Virus record (IMG/VR): IMGVR_UViG_3300020152_000003
Span: 1-56,975 of that record
Length of the DNA stretch: 56,975 bases
Origin: a virus
Reading direction: 5' to 3' (one strand)
Numbering within the stretch: the first letter of the stretch is position 1; every line of letters starts with the position of its first letter. A program made the position numbers and the translations under genes. Below the pieces are notes generated by a model. That model was not told the DNA's origin, searched no databases, and was given only the letters and a program-made list of their open reading frames with translations. Positions 42,199 through 50,625 of this stretch are shown here, piece by piece.

Positions 42199-44703
42199 TC
42201 AATTTGCGCTGTAGGCTTGGAAGCCGTAATAGGTCTGGTACGGCGATTGCGCCAGCCCACAGCCAGACACGATCGCGTATATCGATGAGCACCCCAGCAC
42301 GAACTGGGACGGCGTCTGGGAGTGGGTCATGATCCCAAACGTGGCCTGCATGGCAGCGTCCGTGCCCATAAACCACTTGAAGAAAGCAACCTGCGTCGCG
42401 TTGGCGAGCGCAGAGTTTTTCCAGTTCTCGATGGCAGTCGCCACGTCAGCCGCGCACTGTGCATTGCTAACGCCCGTTACCCCGATGGTCGCACACTGTG
42501 CAGCGCTTGGACCAACTGACTCCAGGTTGGCTTCGTAGTGCTCCACCCTCAGAGGCGCCAAACTGCCGCGGGTTGGGTCGAACGCCGCAGCGACCGGCTC
42601 CCATTTTGCTGCGATCTGATTCGTCACCCAGAGCATGCTGGAGAACGGGGCCGACCCGACCGAAACCGTTCCGCTTCCTTGGGTGCCAGCGTTCACGTTT
42701 GAGCCGGCTGGGGAGCCCTGACTGTAGGCCTTGATCGTGAACGTGCTCGTGGTCGGCGTGCTTGAGACTTGATAGAGCATTCCGGGCACAAGTCCGCTAT
42801 AGCTTGTGCCGCCCGTCACCGAGAAGATCACGTTGGTAGAGTTGGCGGTGAACCCGTGCGCGGTTGGGGTGGCGAATGTCGTCCCGGACGTGTTGGCCGT
42901 ATCAAGATTTTGAACCAGTTGACGACCTTGCCGCAGGTCGTCATCAACCAAGGCGTTCGCTGTCGCCGTGTCCCCTGCCTCGACGGCATTTACCAGCGCC
43001 TGATAGAACGGCAACATGTTAGAGTTGACTGCGCAGCCCGTGTAGGAATCCGGCCCGAAGCAGATGTTGTTGCCGGTCACATAAGGGGCGTAGCCAATCG
43101 ATTCTGCGTAATCGACAGGTCGGTTGCCGACCTGGGTATAGTCGGCGCCACCCGAACATGCGCTGCCGTTCCACGTGCCACCGGTGTACGTGCAGTAGAG
43201 AGAGTTCCCCGTGCCGGTGCTAGTTCCCGACGGCGCCAGATCAGCGCCTGCAAGTCGGTACGTCTGAATCTGCGATACTGGCGCAGCGCCTTGGAACATC
43301 AGGCTCCGCCTGAGCCTGCTCGTCCCCCCAAACACCGCTGTCACATTGCCCATGATCTGCCGCGACCGGAGCGCGTAGTAGCTGTACATCGGCCGGGTCG
43401 CGAAACTCGCAGGGAAGCCTAAAGCAGTCCCGCGGAGTGTCGCCCAGTTCGTGACATTATAGCCATTGTTCCAAATCTCATTTCCCCACTCGAAATAGGA
43501 CAAGAGATCGCTGCGGAGCCCTGCCAGAACTTTTTGCGCTAGGTTCGTCACATAGTCATCGTCTGCCCATTGTGGGACGACAACCCACGGGTGGCATCCG
43601 ACCAGATTCGCGAATTGCACCTGCGCCTCGACCGGCACAGATCCAAAAATTCCACCGCCGGCGCCACTTAAAGCCCCCGCGTAGATGAACTTGTCCAGAA
43701 GCTCGTCGTACACGAATGTCGCCAGTTGCCCCGCGACCATGTTGCCAGCGGTCATCGTTGCGGCGTTGATCTTTACAATCGTTTTCGCGGGCCAAGACCC
43801 GGCCTGCAATGTCGGAGTCGTGGAGGTGTTGGTGTTGGTGAGCAAACCAACGATGGTGGCACCATCAGTGGGTGAGGATGGGAAATCCGTTGACGCTGCT
43901 ATCGTGTAGGTATCCGTGCCGGAGATCGTTCCTCCCCAAGCTCCCGGCGGCACAGTCCCTTCACCGTTGCCCCACATCAGAGACGTTGGACTGACACGGT
44001 AGCGCCACTGGACCTCACTGCTGAAGCTGGCCGGGGCTTTCTGCACCCATCCCATGAAGCGGCACGTTCGTGGTCTCAGGGCGCTTACAAGCGAAATCGC
44101 TTCCGGAGTGAAATACCTTCCCGCTTGATATGCGACCTCGTCGCTGACGCGGTACATCGCTATCTCAGTGCCGAGCGTATGCGAATAGGTGCCGCTGTTC
44201 AGGAAGGTGATGTTGGGCTGCGCGTCCGTGAACTGAAATGTGACCGACCCACCTGCGCTGCCTGCCGTCGTGAACGTTGCACTTCCGCCAGAACAACCTG
44301 ACACTGTTACGTTGGTGGCGCCGGTGCAGTTGCTTACGGTCATATTCAACCGCATGGTGAACTGCGTCCCGGCAGGCCAGACCAGCTTATAGGGGACGTT
44401 TGTGAACGCGCTCGGCGCACTCGTCGTGCCGGGGAACGCCAGCAGAATGTTTGCCGCTGGCGTCGATGTGAAATAGCCCTCAGCGTCCAGCTTGCTGATG
44501 TCGGCAGCGGACATACTGTTGACGGTCATGCGACCGGCCTTCAGGATATTGATAAAGTTTCCTGGGCCGATATCGCTGCCGTTAAGGCCAATTTGCGCTT
44601 TGCCTGGCTGAAGGTTGGCAGCGCCACGAACCCAACTCAGTGCCGGCTGAGACCATGAAAGTATGGCAGCGAGAATTAGAGCGCACGATAAGCGGACTCG
44701 CAT
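42199..44703 (-). CDS. Exported large protein with a clan-GH-A-like glycosidase motif (834 aa): candidate polysaccharide depolymerase
   Basis: Signal peptide MRVRLSCALILAAILSWSQPALS/W. The motif SYFEWGNEIWN (Asn-Glu acid/base type) follows a beta-rich N-terminal region. TGATG-coupled start at 44703. Confidence 0.55.
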   Translation of the reverse strand: MRVRLSCALILAAILSWSQPALSWVRGAANLQPGKAQIGLNGSDIGPGNFINILKAGRMTVNSMSAADISKLDAEGYFTSTPAANILLAFPGTTSAPSAFTNVPYKLVWPAGTQFTMRLNMTVSNCTGATNVTVSGCSGGSATFTTAGSAGGSVTFQFTDAQPNITFLNSGTYSHTLGTEIAMYRVSDEVAYQAGRYFTPEAISLVSALRPRTCRFMGWVQKAPASFSSEVQWRYRVSPTSLMWGNGEGTVPPGAWGGTISGTDTYTIAASTDFPSSPTDGATIVGLLTNTNTSTTPTLQAGSWPAKTIVKINAATMTAGNMVAGQLATFVYDELLDKFIYAGALSGAGGGIFGSVPVEAQVQFANLVGCHPWVVVPQWADDDYVTNLAQKVLAGLRSDLLSYFEWGNEIWNNGYNVTNWATLRGTALGFPASFATRPMYSYYALRSRQIMGNVTAVFGGTSRLRRSLMFQGAAPVSQIQTYRLAGADLAPSGTSTGTGNSLYCTYTGGTWNGSACSGGADYTQVGNRPVDYAESIGYAPYVTGNNICFGPDSYTGCAVNSNMLPFYQALVNAVEAGDTATANALVDDDLRQGRQLVQNLDTANTSGTTFATPTAHGFTANSTNVIFSVTGGTSYSGLVPGMLYQVSSTPTTSTFTIKAYSQGSPAGSNVNAGTQGSGTVSVGSAPFSSMLWVTNQIAAKWEPVAAAFDPTRGSLAPLRVEHYEANLESVGPSAAQCATIGVTGVSNAQCAADVATAIENWKNSALANATQVAFFKWFMGTDAAMQATFGIMTHSQTPSQFVLGCSSIYAIVSGCGLAQSPYQTYYGFQAYSAN

Positions 44704-45644
44704 CAAAACGGTCCCCAGAACGAGAGTTGGTTGGAATTCAGGGCCGATCGCACGCTGGTGTTGTCCGCTGACCATACCCCGGACTCATTCCATTGATACG
44801 TTGGGCCAGCACCGCCCCCGCTGATATTTATCTGGGCGCCCCCAATGGCTCCCGTCCCAGGATTAATTGTCGTGCTGGTGCCGCCATTCGAACAGCTCGC
44901 TCCGACTGATCCGCCGCAAAAGAACGTACTACTTGCGCCGTTTAATACCACATTGAACGCATGCCACGATCCGTCGGTGACGTTACCGATGCTGGCACCC
45001 GCGCCGGAAAATACGCGGGCCGTGTTGGCCGACGAACTAAAGCCAAACTGCGCGGTCGAAGAGATGAAACTTACAGTTTGCCCGCCGACAACGCTCCGAG
45101 ACCCTACATACGACACTGAGTATATCTGGTTGACGGCGGTGAAGTTTCCTGTGGCTGCGAACATCGTCTGGGTAGACGTAAAAACAAGGCATGGCAACGA
45201 ATTGATGCAATTCCACGTCAGGGTCGGCCGATTTGAGTTTGTCCCCTGCGTAAGATTGCAGGCCGCTCCAGTGCAATTAAGCGCCCCGCTTTGGTCGTAG
45301 AGCGTCGCCACCCTGCAAGTGTTGCTGGTCGTGCAGTCGTTTGAGCCAAGCGTTCCTGGACTGTTGAGGCGCCCGGTCGTTGCGTTTGTCAGGATGTCTG
45401 TGCAATTGGCGCCGGTATCGTCGCAGAGGTTGATGGCTCGCGTGCCGGCTGTGGCAGCGCTCATCGCCCGCAGGCCCCACCAGACCTTGGGTGAAGCCGC
45501 GATGTCTGCGGGGCCGACGTAGGTCGCGGCCGCCCCCGCGCTCCCCGCCCCCAGCAGCGTCATAGACCCCGCCCACGCCTTCACAGGCGCCAGCGCAATC
45601 CAGACCGCCAGGAACAGGCTGGCGGTTCTTTGAAAGAAGCGCAT
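44703..45644 (-). CDS. Exported Cys-rich beta-sandwich (LamG/ConA-like?) protein (313 aa)
   Basis: Signal peptide MRFFQRTASLFLAVWIALAPVKAWA/G. ATLYDQSG...RPT motif. ATG 45644 lies 6 nt after GAGGTG. Confidence 0.5.
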   Translation of the reverse strand: MRFFQRTASLFLAVWIALAPVKAWAGSMTLLGAGSAGAAATYVGPADIAASPKVWWGLRAMSAATAGTRAINLCDDTGANCTDILTNATTGRLNSPGTLGSNDCTTSNTCRVATLYDQSGALNCTGAACNLTQGTNSNRPTLTWNCINSLPCLVFTSTQTMFAATGNFTAVNQIYSVSYVGSRSVVGGQTVSFISSTAQFGFSSSANTARVFSGAGASIGNVTDGSWHAFNVVLNGASSTFFCGGSVGASCSNGGTSTTINPGTGAIGGAQINISGGGAGPTYQWNESGVWSADNTSVRSALNSNQLSFWGPF

Positions 45645-45654
45645 GGGCATCACC

Positions 45655-47004
45655 TCAGAATTGCTGATAGCTGACGGAGCCGGACATCTGCACCGCGGCC
45701 GAGGTCGTGACGCACAGGGCATTGCCGGCGGGGACTACGAGGACGGCCCCGACGCCGTTGCCCTTGGCGATGCCGGCCTGTGCCGTGAGATTGTAGGCAC
45801 CGGTCAGCGAGGTTGTGCCCGTGCCGCAGTTCGATCCCGTGCCATAGACGAAGGTGATGTTGCCCGTGCCGCCGGCGATCACGTCGAACGAGGTCACGTA
45901 AATCTTGGTGGTGCCGGACAGCGCGACTAGCTGGGTGGTGGTGGCCGTCGAGACGTTGATTGCGACGGAGGCCGGGGTGGCGCCGCCCTTGGAGGGATCG
46001 GCTCCAACCGTACCGATGGAATTGCTGCCGGCCGGAATCGACGCCTGCACGTTGGTGTTGATGCTCGTGGCATTCTGGTTGCCGCGCTTGATCAGGGCGA
46101 TGGCCGAACAGGTGCCGGTATCCGTGCCGCAAGCTGCGTCCGCCTGACTACCGAGGTCGACCATCGCGCCGGACGCGATCGAGCCTGAGGCGTAGGCACC
46201 TGAGGCAACCGATCCGGAGACCATCGTCGGCGCCGTCGTCAGCCGGTTCGAGGCGTCGACATTAGCCCCGCGCGCGTTGCCGGCGGCGTCCCGGATGATG
46301 CTGAACGCGCCACTGGTCGAGCCCCGGGCGCGATCATAGGTCGACCCGTTCCAAAGCCACGACGCCACCGCCGCCGTGTTGTTGCCGTTGACGCCGTCCG
46401 CCAGCGCGATTGCGGCCAGCCACGCCTTCATGTTCGTGCCGTCGGAGATACCGATGGCCGTGCCATTTGCCGGGAAGGCCGCGTCGAAGGCGGAGGATGT
46501 GCCACCACCGCCGCCAGAGCCACCACCGCCGCCACCCGTGCCTGTCGGCAGGCCGGAGCCGCCCACCATGTTCACGGTGGTGGTCGAGCTCGAGGTGATG
46601 CAGGTCAGCTGGGTGTTGGCGCCGACAGTGAACGCGAACCAGCCGCCATGCGGGGCGATATACTGGTCGCTCGTGGTGGCACTTGCGCCGAGCTTGCAGT
46701 AGGCGCCGTTGGTGGTGCCGACGTTGGTGGCCACGACCACCGCCCCAGCCGGGAGCGAACCCGTCACGCCGCCTGTGGTAGCGGTAATCGGCGTGCCGGT
46801 CGTCGCAGGTGCAAACCCAGAGATCGACGCGGAGACCGACGCTGCGGTGCAGAGCGTTCCGGTCGCGTCAACGGTCAGGAACGGCACGTTGTAGTCGCCG
46901 GAGCCGCAGCTTGTGACCTTGATCAGGTTAAGAGACTGTGCGTTCGCATTTCCGACCATGCCCGCAAAGCAAAGCAAGGCCGTCGCAAGCAGTTTGCGCA
47001 GCAT
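45655..47004 (-). CDS. Exported two-domain beta-rich protein with a poly-Gly linker (449 aa)
   Basis: Signal peptide MLRKLLATALLCFAGMVGNANA/Q. Central GTGGGGGGSGGGGGTS linker. The C-terminus ends ...SGSVSYQQF. Confidence 0.55.
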   Translation of the reverse strand: MLRKLLATALLCFAGMVGNANAQSLNLIKVTSCGSGDYNVPFLTVDATGTLCTAASVSASISGFAPATTGTPITATTGGVTGSLPAGAVVVATNVGTTNGAYCKLGASATTSDQYIAPHGGWFAFTVGANTQLTCITSSSTTTVNMVGGSGLPTGTGGGGGGSGGGGGTSSAFDAAFPANGTAIGISDGTNMKAWLAAIALADGVNGNNTAAVASWLWNGSTYDRARGSTSGAFSIIRDAAGNARGANVDASNRLTTAPTMVSGSVASGAYASGSIASGAMVDLGSQADAACGTDTGTCSAIALIKRGNQNATSINTNVQASIPAGSNSIGTVGADPSKGGATPASVAINVSTATTTQLVALSGTTKIYVTSFDVIAGGTGNITFVYGTGSNCGTGTTSLTGAYNLTAQAGIAKGNGVGAVLVVPAGNALCVTTSAAVQMSGSVSYQQF

Positions 47005-47027
47005 GGTAGTTCTCCAGGTGACAATAG

Positions 47028-47462
47028 TTAGAGGGACTTTTTCCAGTACAGACTGGCCTCGAAGGCCCAGCGCACTTCAGGCTCAAAGAGCCGGTATCCG
47101 GCGCGGATAAAGTTGTTTGCCGAATAGACAGTGTTGGTGGTTTCGCTAATCAGGTGCGTCCAGCCGATTGCCCGCGCCTTGCGCTCGCGCACCTTGAAAA
47201 ACTTTAGTTGCAGCCCATGGCCGCGATGACCTGCCGTCACCCCCGCCCGCTTCAGATATCCGGTGCTCTTGTATCGCTGCGACGGCACCATGCCGGCAAA
47301 GCCGACCGGCTCCTTGTCGAGATAGGCCAGCCACCAATAGCAGTGAAAGCCGTCGAGCTCGCTGTCGGCAAGATCAGGGAAATCCCCGGTCTCGCGGTTG
47401 AACGCGCGGATGATGTCAGCGACTTCGTCATCGCTCGCATCCACCTCGCGGATTCGATACAC
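47028..47462 (-). CDS. GNAT-family N-acetyltransferase (144 aa)
   Basis: GVTAGHRGHGLQLKFFKVRERKARAIGW (the R/Q-x-x-G-x-G/A acetyl-CoA motif region), plus NNFIRAGY. Confidence 0.7.
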   Translation of the reverse strand: MYRIREVDASDDEVADIIRAFNRETGDFPDLADSELDGFHCYWWLAYLDKEPVGFAGMVPSQRYKSTGYLKRAGVTAGHRGHGLQLKFFKVRERKARAIGWTHLISETTNTVYSANNFIRAGYRLFEPEVRWAFEASLYWKKSL

Positions 47463-47463
47463 G

Positions 47464-48513
47464 CTACGCCCTCGCCCGTTTCCAGGTTAGAAACTCCGAA
47501 GCCTCTTCCAGATCGGCAAAGCACCGGATGCGGCCGACGTCCTCGCGCGCTGGATCGATCACCGCCGTGATGGAGGCACCAAACTTCTGGCTCGGATAGC
47601 CAAGTTGGTCCGCGTAGGAGTCGATGAACTTGTATCCGCGCGCCCGGATCAGGTGATAGACGAATCCGCGCTGAGCGTTTTCGCTCTGGTTGATCGCCCA
47701 TTCGTGCTTGTGGCCGCAGGCGAAGATGTCGGCCTGCTCAAGCAGCATGGATGCCTTCTGCGGCCCATGCATCTTGTTCCAGATCGATGAGCCGGGGAAA
47801 TCGTGAGCCGCATGGATGCGGACACGCTGTCCGTTCGGGAACGCGATCTGAAAGCGCGATTGCCAGTCCTCAACCGGGACCGTCGGCCGCGCATTGGCTT
47901 TGATCAGGTACGGGCCATCGTTCCAAGCGTCGTGGTTGCCGAGGATGTGGCAGAGCCATTTGATGTCGCAGTCTTTCAGCAGGTATTTGGCGAGCTTCCA
48001 CGCCTGCTTCTTGGACATTTCCTGGTCGGCATAGAGACGGACGAGGCGTCCAACCCAGTTGTCGGTCAGGTCGCCGATATTCACGGCGTAGAGGCCTTCC
48101 GTGCGCTCCAAGATGCCGATGTCCCGGCGGAGGAGCGGCCAGTTGCAGCCGTTGTTGTCGATGTGCGGGTCACCCATGAAGCAGATAGCCATGGGTTTGT
48201 TGGACTTGACCTTGATCTCCATCCAGCGCCGCGCATCCCGCGCGCTCAGATGGCTCTCAAATCGTTTGCAGGCCTGTTCTATGAGGTCTTCCGCGGGCAG
48301 CTCACTAGACGGCAGGTCCGGGAAAACGATCTCATCGGCCTCTAGAGCCGGCCTCTCGGATAGCCTGCGGTCGTTGTAGAGTTTAGCGCGGTGCTTGAGC
48401 TGCGGCACGGTGATCCCAATCGCCGCGGCGGCCTCCGTCTGGGTCTTGTGCTGCCCCTTCGCCATGAAGGCGTCGCGGCATTGGTCGTCGGTAGGGGTGT
48501 CAAAGAACGCCAT
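47464..48513 (-). CDS. Calcineurin-like metallophosphoesterase with an N-terminal HTH-like segment (349 aa)
   Basis: FMGDPHIDN, NIGDLTDNW, LGNHD and ACGHKHE. N-terminal TQTEAAAAIGITVPQLKHRAKLYN. ATG 48513 lies 2 nt after the upstream stop. Confidence 0.75.
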   Translation of the reverse strand: MAFFDTPTDDQCRDAFMAKGQHKTQTEAAAAIGITVPQLKHRAKLYNDRRLSERPALEADEIVFPDLPSSELPAEDLIEQACKRFESHLSARDARRWMEIKVKSNKPMAICFMGDPHIDNNGCNWPLLRRDIGILERTEGLYAVNIGDLTDNWVGRLVRLYADQEMSKKQAWKLAKYLLKDCDIKWLCHILGNHDAWNDGPYLIKANARPTVPVEDWQSRFQIAFPNGQRVRIHAAHDFPGSSIWNKMHGPQKASMLLEQADIFACGHKHEWAINQSENAQRGFVYHLIRARGYKFIDSYADQLGYPSQKFGASITAVIDPAREDVGRIRCFADLEEASEFLTWKRARA

Positions 48514-48515
48514 TC

Positions 48516-48875
48516 TCAGCCCATCGTCCCGGGCATGAAGCAGCGAATGGCGTAGCCTTCCTCGCCGCCCATCCATTGCGGATAGGTCCAGACCACGGCG
48601 TGACCTGCGCGATTGTGGCCTTCCACGAGCGCTTCAGGCGGGACGTCGTACCATTTGCCTTCGAGGCGGACCCGATAGCGCCCGCCGTCCATGCTCCAGT
48701 CCGGGTCATCAAGCGATGTCCCGTCCTTGCCGTCGCAGCACGCCACTCCGTTCTTGCTGCGCAGGCTCTCAAACCATGGCGTCAGGTCCGGCCTGTTGTG
48801 ATCGTGAGCCTTGACGTTGCCGAGCGTCAGCCCAGCCAGAATCCCCAGCGCGATGCCGGTTGCGGCAATCTTCAC
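48516..48875 (-). CDS. Exported small protein (119 aa) at the distal end of the lysis cassette
   Basis: Signal peptide MKIAATGIALGILAGLTLGNVKA/H. Function unknown. Confidence 0.55.
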   Translation of the reverse strand: MKIAATGIALGILAGLTLGNVKAHDHNRPDLTPWFESLRSKNGVACCDGKDGTSLDDPDWSMDGGRYRVRLEGKWYDVPPEALVEGHNRAGHAVVWTYPQWMGGEEGYAIRCFMPGTMG

Positions 48876-48895
48876 TCATCACCTCTTGGGTTGAT

Positions 48896-49123
48896 TTACT
48901 TGGAGTCGCGAAGCGCTTTGCGGGTCACCAGGATTTTGGCGACGATCTGGATAACGAGATAGAGAAGGCCTGCCGGGGCAAGGAGGAGCGCCGAGTCCTC
49001 CGATGCGGCCTTCAGGTACGGCAGCCACCATGGGCTGGCGACCGCGGAAACAGCGGCCACGTCTGCAACTGTTTCCATCTTGCTCTGCGGTACGATGTTG
49101 GAGAGGTAACCGAAGTGGCTCAT
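48896..49123 (-). CDS. Holin-like membrane protein (75 aa)
   Basis: MSHFGYLSN... with two hydrophobic segments and a basic C-terminus. ATGA overlap. Confidence 0.5.
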   Translation of the reverse strand: MSHFGYLSNIVPQSKMETVADVAAVSAVASPWWLPYLKAASEDSALLLAPAGLLYLVIQIVAKILVTRKALRDSK

Positions 49124-49497
49124 CGGCGGAGCCTCGAGATGATCTCTCCGCCGGCCTTCCCGACGAAGAGTGAGCCAATGATTGCGCCACCGACCCATCC
49201 GTCAAGCGGCGGAGGAAGAGCGGCGATGGTCCATGGCTGCGAGAAGACGCAATCCCTGCACCAGAACACGGAATAGACGCAGACCGAGGCAAACCAGAAC
49301 CCGGCCGGCGCTACGAAGAACAGCGGAAACCACCATCCTCGTCCAGTCAGGACCGAGACTTGCGCGGAGAGAAAGGTTTTCACCAATTCAGACTTGATCT
49401 GCTCTCGCGTCGTCTCGTTGTCGACCGCGCTGTCAACGCTCTTGAGCATGCGGTCGAGCGGCCCGGACAGGAGCCAGTTGAGGATGGCAGAAAGCAT
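49120..49497 (-). CDS. Holin-like polytopic membrane protein (125 aa)
   Basis: 3-4 hydrophobic segments with Trp/Phe-rich TMs, inside the lysis cluster. Confidence 0.5.
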   Translation of the reverse strand: MLSAILNWLLSGPLDRMLKSVDSAVDNETTREQIKSELVKTFLSAQVSVLTGRGWWFPLFFVAPAGFWFASVCVYSVFWCRDCVFSQPWTIAALPPPLDGWVGGAIIGSLFVGKAGGEIISRLRR

Positions 49498-49694
49498 CAG
49501 CGTTCCCAGCCCTTCCGGCGAGCCATCGCATACCAGCCCTCGGTTGCGACACCGAGCAGACCGGCGATCACGAAGTTTGCGACCTCGAAAACGTTCGGGT
49601 CGTTAACATCCAGATTGAGCCCGGCTTTTGTCACCCAAGCTCCGATGACATACCGGAGCAGAACCCGCGTGAGCGGCGCTGCAACGGGGAGCAT
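49497..49694 (-). CDS. Small two-TM membrane protein (65 aa), holin/antiholin candidate
   Basis: Coupled to both neighbours. Basic C-terminus RRKGWER. Confidence 0.5.
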   Translation of the reverse strand: MLPVAAPLTRVLLRYVIGAWVTKAGLNLDVNDPNVFEVANFVIAGLLGVATEGWYAMARRKGWER

Positions 49695-49843
49695 CAGAGA
49701 TTCGCCTTCAGCTTCTGGACGCGGTCATTGAGCGCGCCGATGTAATTTTCGGCGCCCTTGTACCAGAGCGTGACGGGCTCCTTGCAAAACCAGATGAGCG
49801 CGCCGCCGCCGACGAAGCCGACAATGAGGCTGACGATTTCCAT
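49694..49843 (-). CDS. N-terminally anchored small protein with a helical C-terminus (49 aa)
   Basis: MEIVSLIVGFVGGGALIWFCKEPVTLWYKGAENYIGALNDRVQKLKANL. ATG 49843 sits directly after the endolysin stop. Confidence 0.45.
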   Translation of the reverse strand: MEIVSLIVGFVGGGALIWFCKEPVTLWYKGAENYIGALNDRVQKLKANL

Positions 49844-49844
49844 T

Positions 49845-50540
49845 TTACTTCCTCCTGAACAGTGAAACGATCGCGGCAAAGAAAGAGCCCCAGGCTGAGG
49901 GCGCTGGGGCTGTGGTGGTCTTGGTCGGCTCCGGAGTGGCCGGAGGTGGTTTTGGCGTATCGGCGGGCTTCCCTGCCCCGGGAAACGCTATGGTCGGGTC
50001 GATCGCCATCATTGACTTGAGCATGGCGGCGCAGCCGAGCTGCTGATCGACGTGGTTGGGGTCGTACTTCCCGTCAGCAACGTACTTGCCGGCCCTGTAC
50101 TGGTCTGTTCCGGCCCACAGGTACGGGCTCGGCACGCCACGGTTGGCGTAGCCCATGCCGTTGTACAGCTCGAGCCCGATCAGGACGCCGGCCAGGCTCC
50201 AGTCCTTGCGCTTGCCGAGGAACGGATGGCAGTACAGCAGCGCGTCGATCGCTGCCTCTTCCCAGCTCCTGAACGGGCCACGGCCGGCCGGGACTCGGAC
50301 AGAGACCTCGTTCCACGGGTCGCCTTGAGCGAGCGATCGGCTCCAGTTCTGCGACGATTCCCGCTGATGGATGACAGCGATCACGGCCCACGGAACGCCG
50401 GTCTTGGCCTCGACTGCCTGATACCGCTTCTTGGCGGCCACAAGCGATTGTGCGACCTTGTCGCTCAAAGACTTGCGGGTGAGCTCGGCGTTTTGCCAGC
50501 GCTGTAGGCCCGCCCGAGTGAGGGCGTCGAAGTCCACCAT
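49845..50540 (-). CDS. Putative endolysin (lysozyme/lytic-transglycosylase-like) with a Pro/Thr linker and a C-terminal hydrophobic-cationic helix (231 aa)
   Basis: VIAVIHQRESSQNW (Glu-Ser catalytic-type motif)...GDPW...GRGPF. C-terminus PKPPPATPEPTKTTTAPAPSAWGSFFAAIVSLFRRK. GGAG RBS before ATG 50540. Confidence 0.55.
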   Translation of the reverse strand: MVDFDALTRAGLQRWQNAELTRKSLSDKVAQSLVAAKKRYQAVEAKTGVPWAVIAVIHQRESSQNWSRSLAQGDPWNEVSVRVPAGRGPFRSWEEAAIDALLYCHPFLGKRKDWSLAGVLIGLELYNGMGYANRGVPSPYLWAGTDQYRAGKYVADGKYDPNHVDQQLGCAAMLKSMMAIDPTIAFPGAGKPADTPKPPPATPEPTKTTTAPAPSAWGSFFAAIVSLFRRK

Positions 50541-50577
50541 GACTGCTCCAATGAAAAGGCCGCCCAAAGGCGCCCAG

Positions 50578-50608
50578 TTGACTCGCGGCTAAATTGTGGT
50601 GTTAGATT
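50578..50608 (+). promoter_or_regulatory. Candidate promoter with an extended -10 for the antisense moron
   Basis: TTGACT (50578-83), then TGT-TAGATT (-10 hexamer at 50603-08). The spacer is 19 nt. Confidence 0.4.
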
Positions 50609-50625
50609 TTTCCCGGCAGGAAAGC

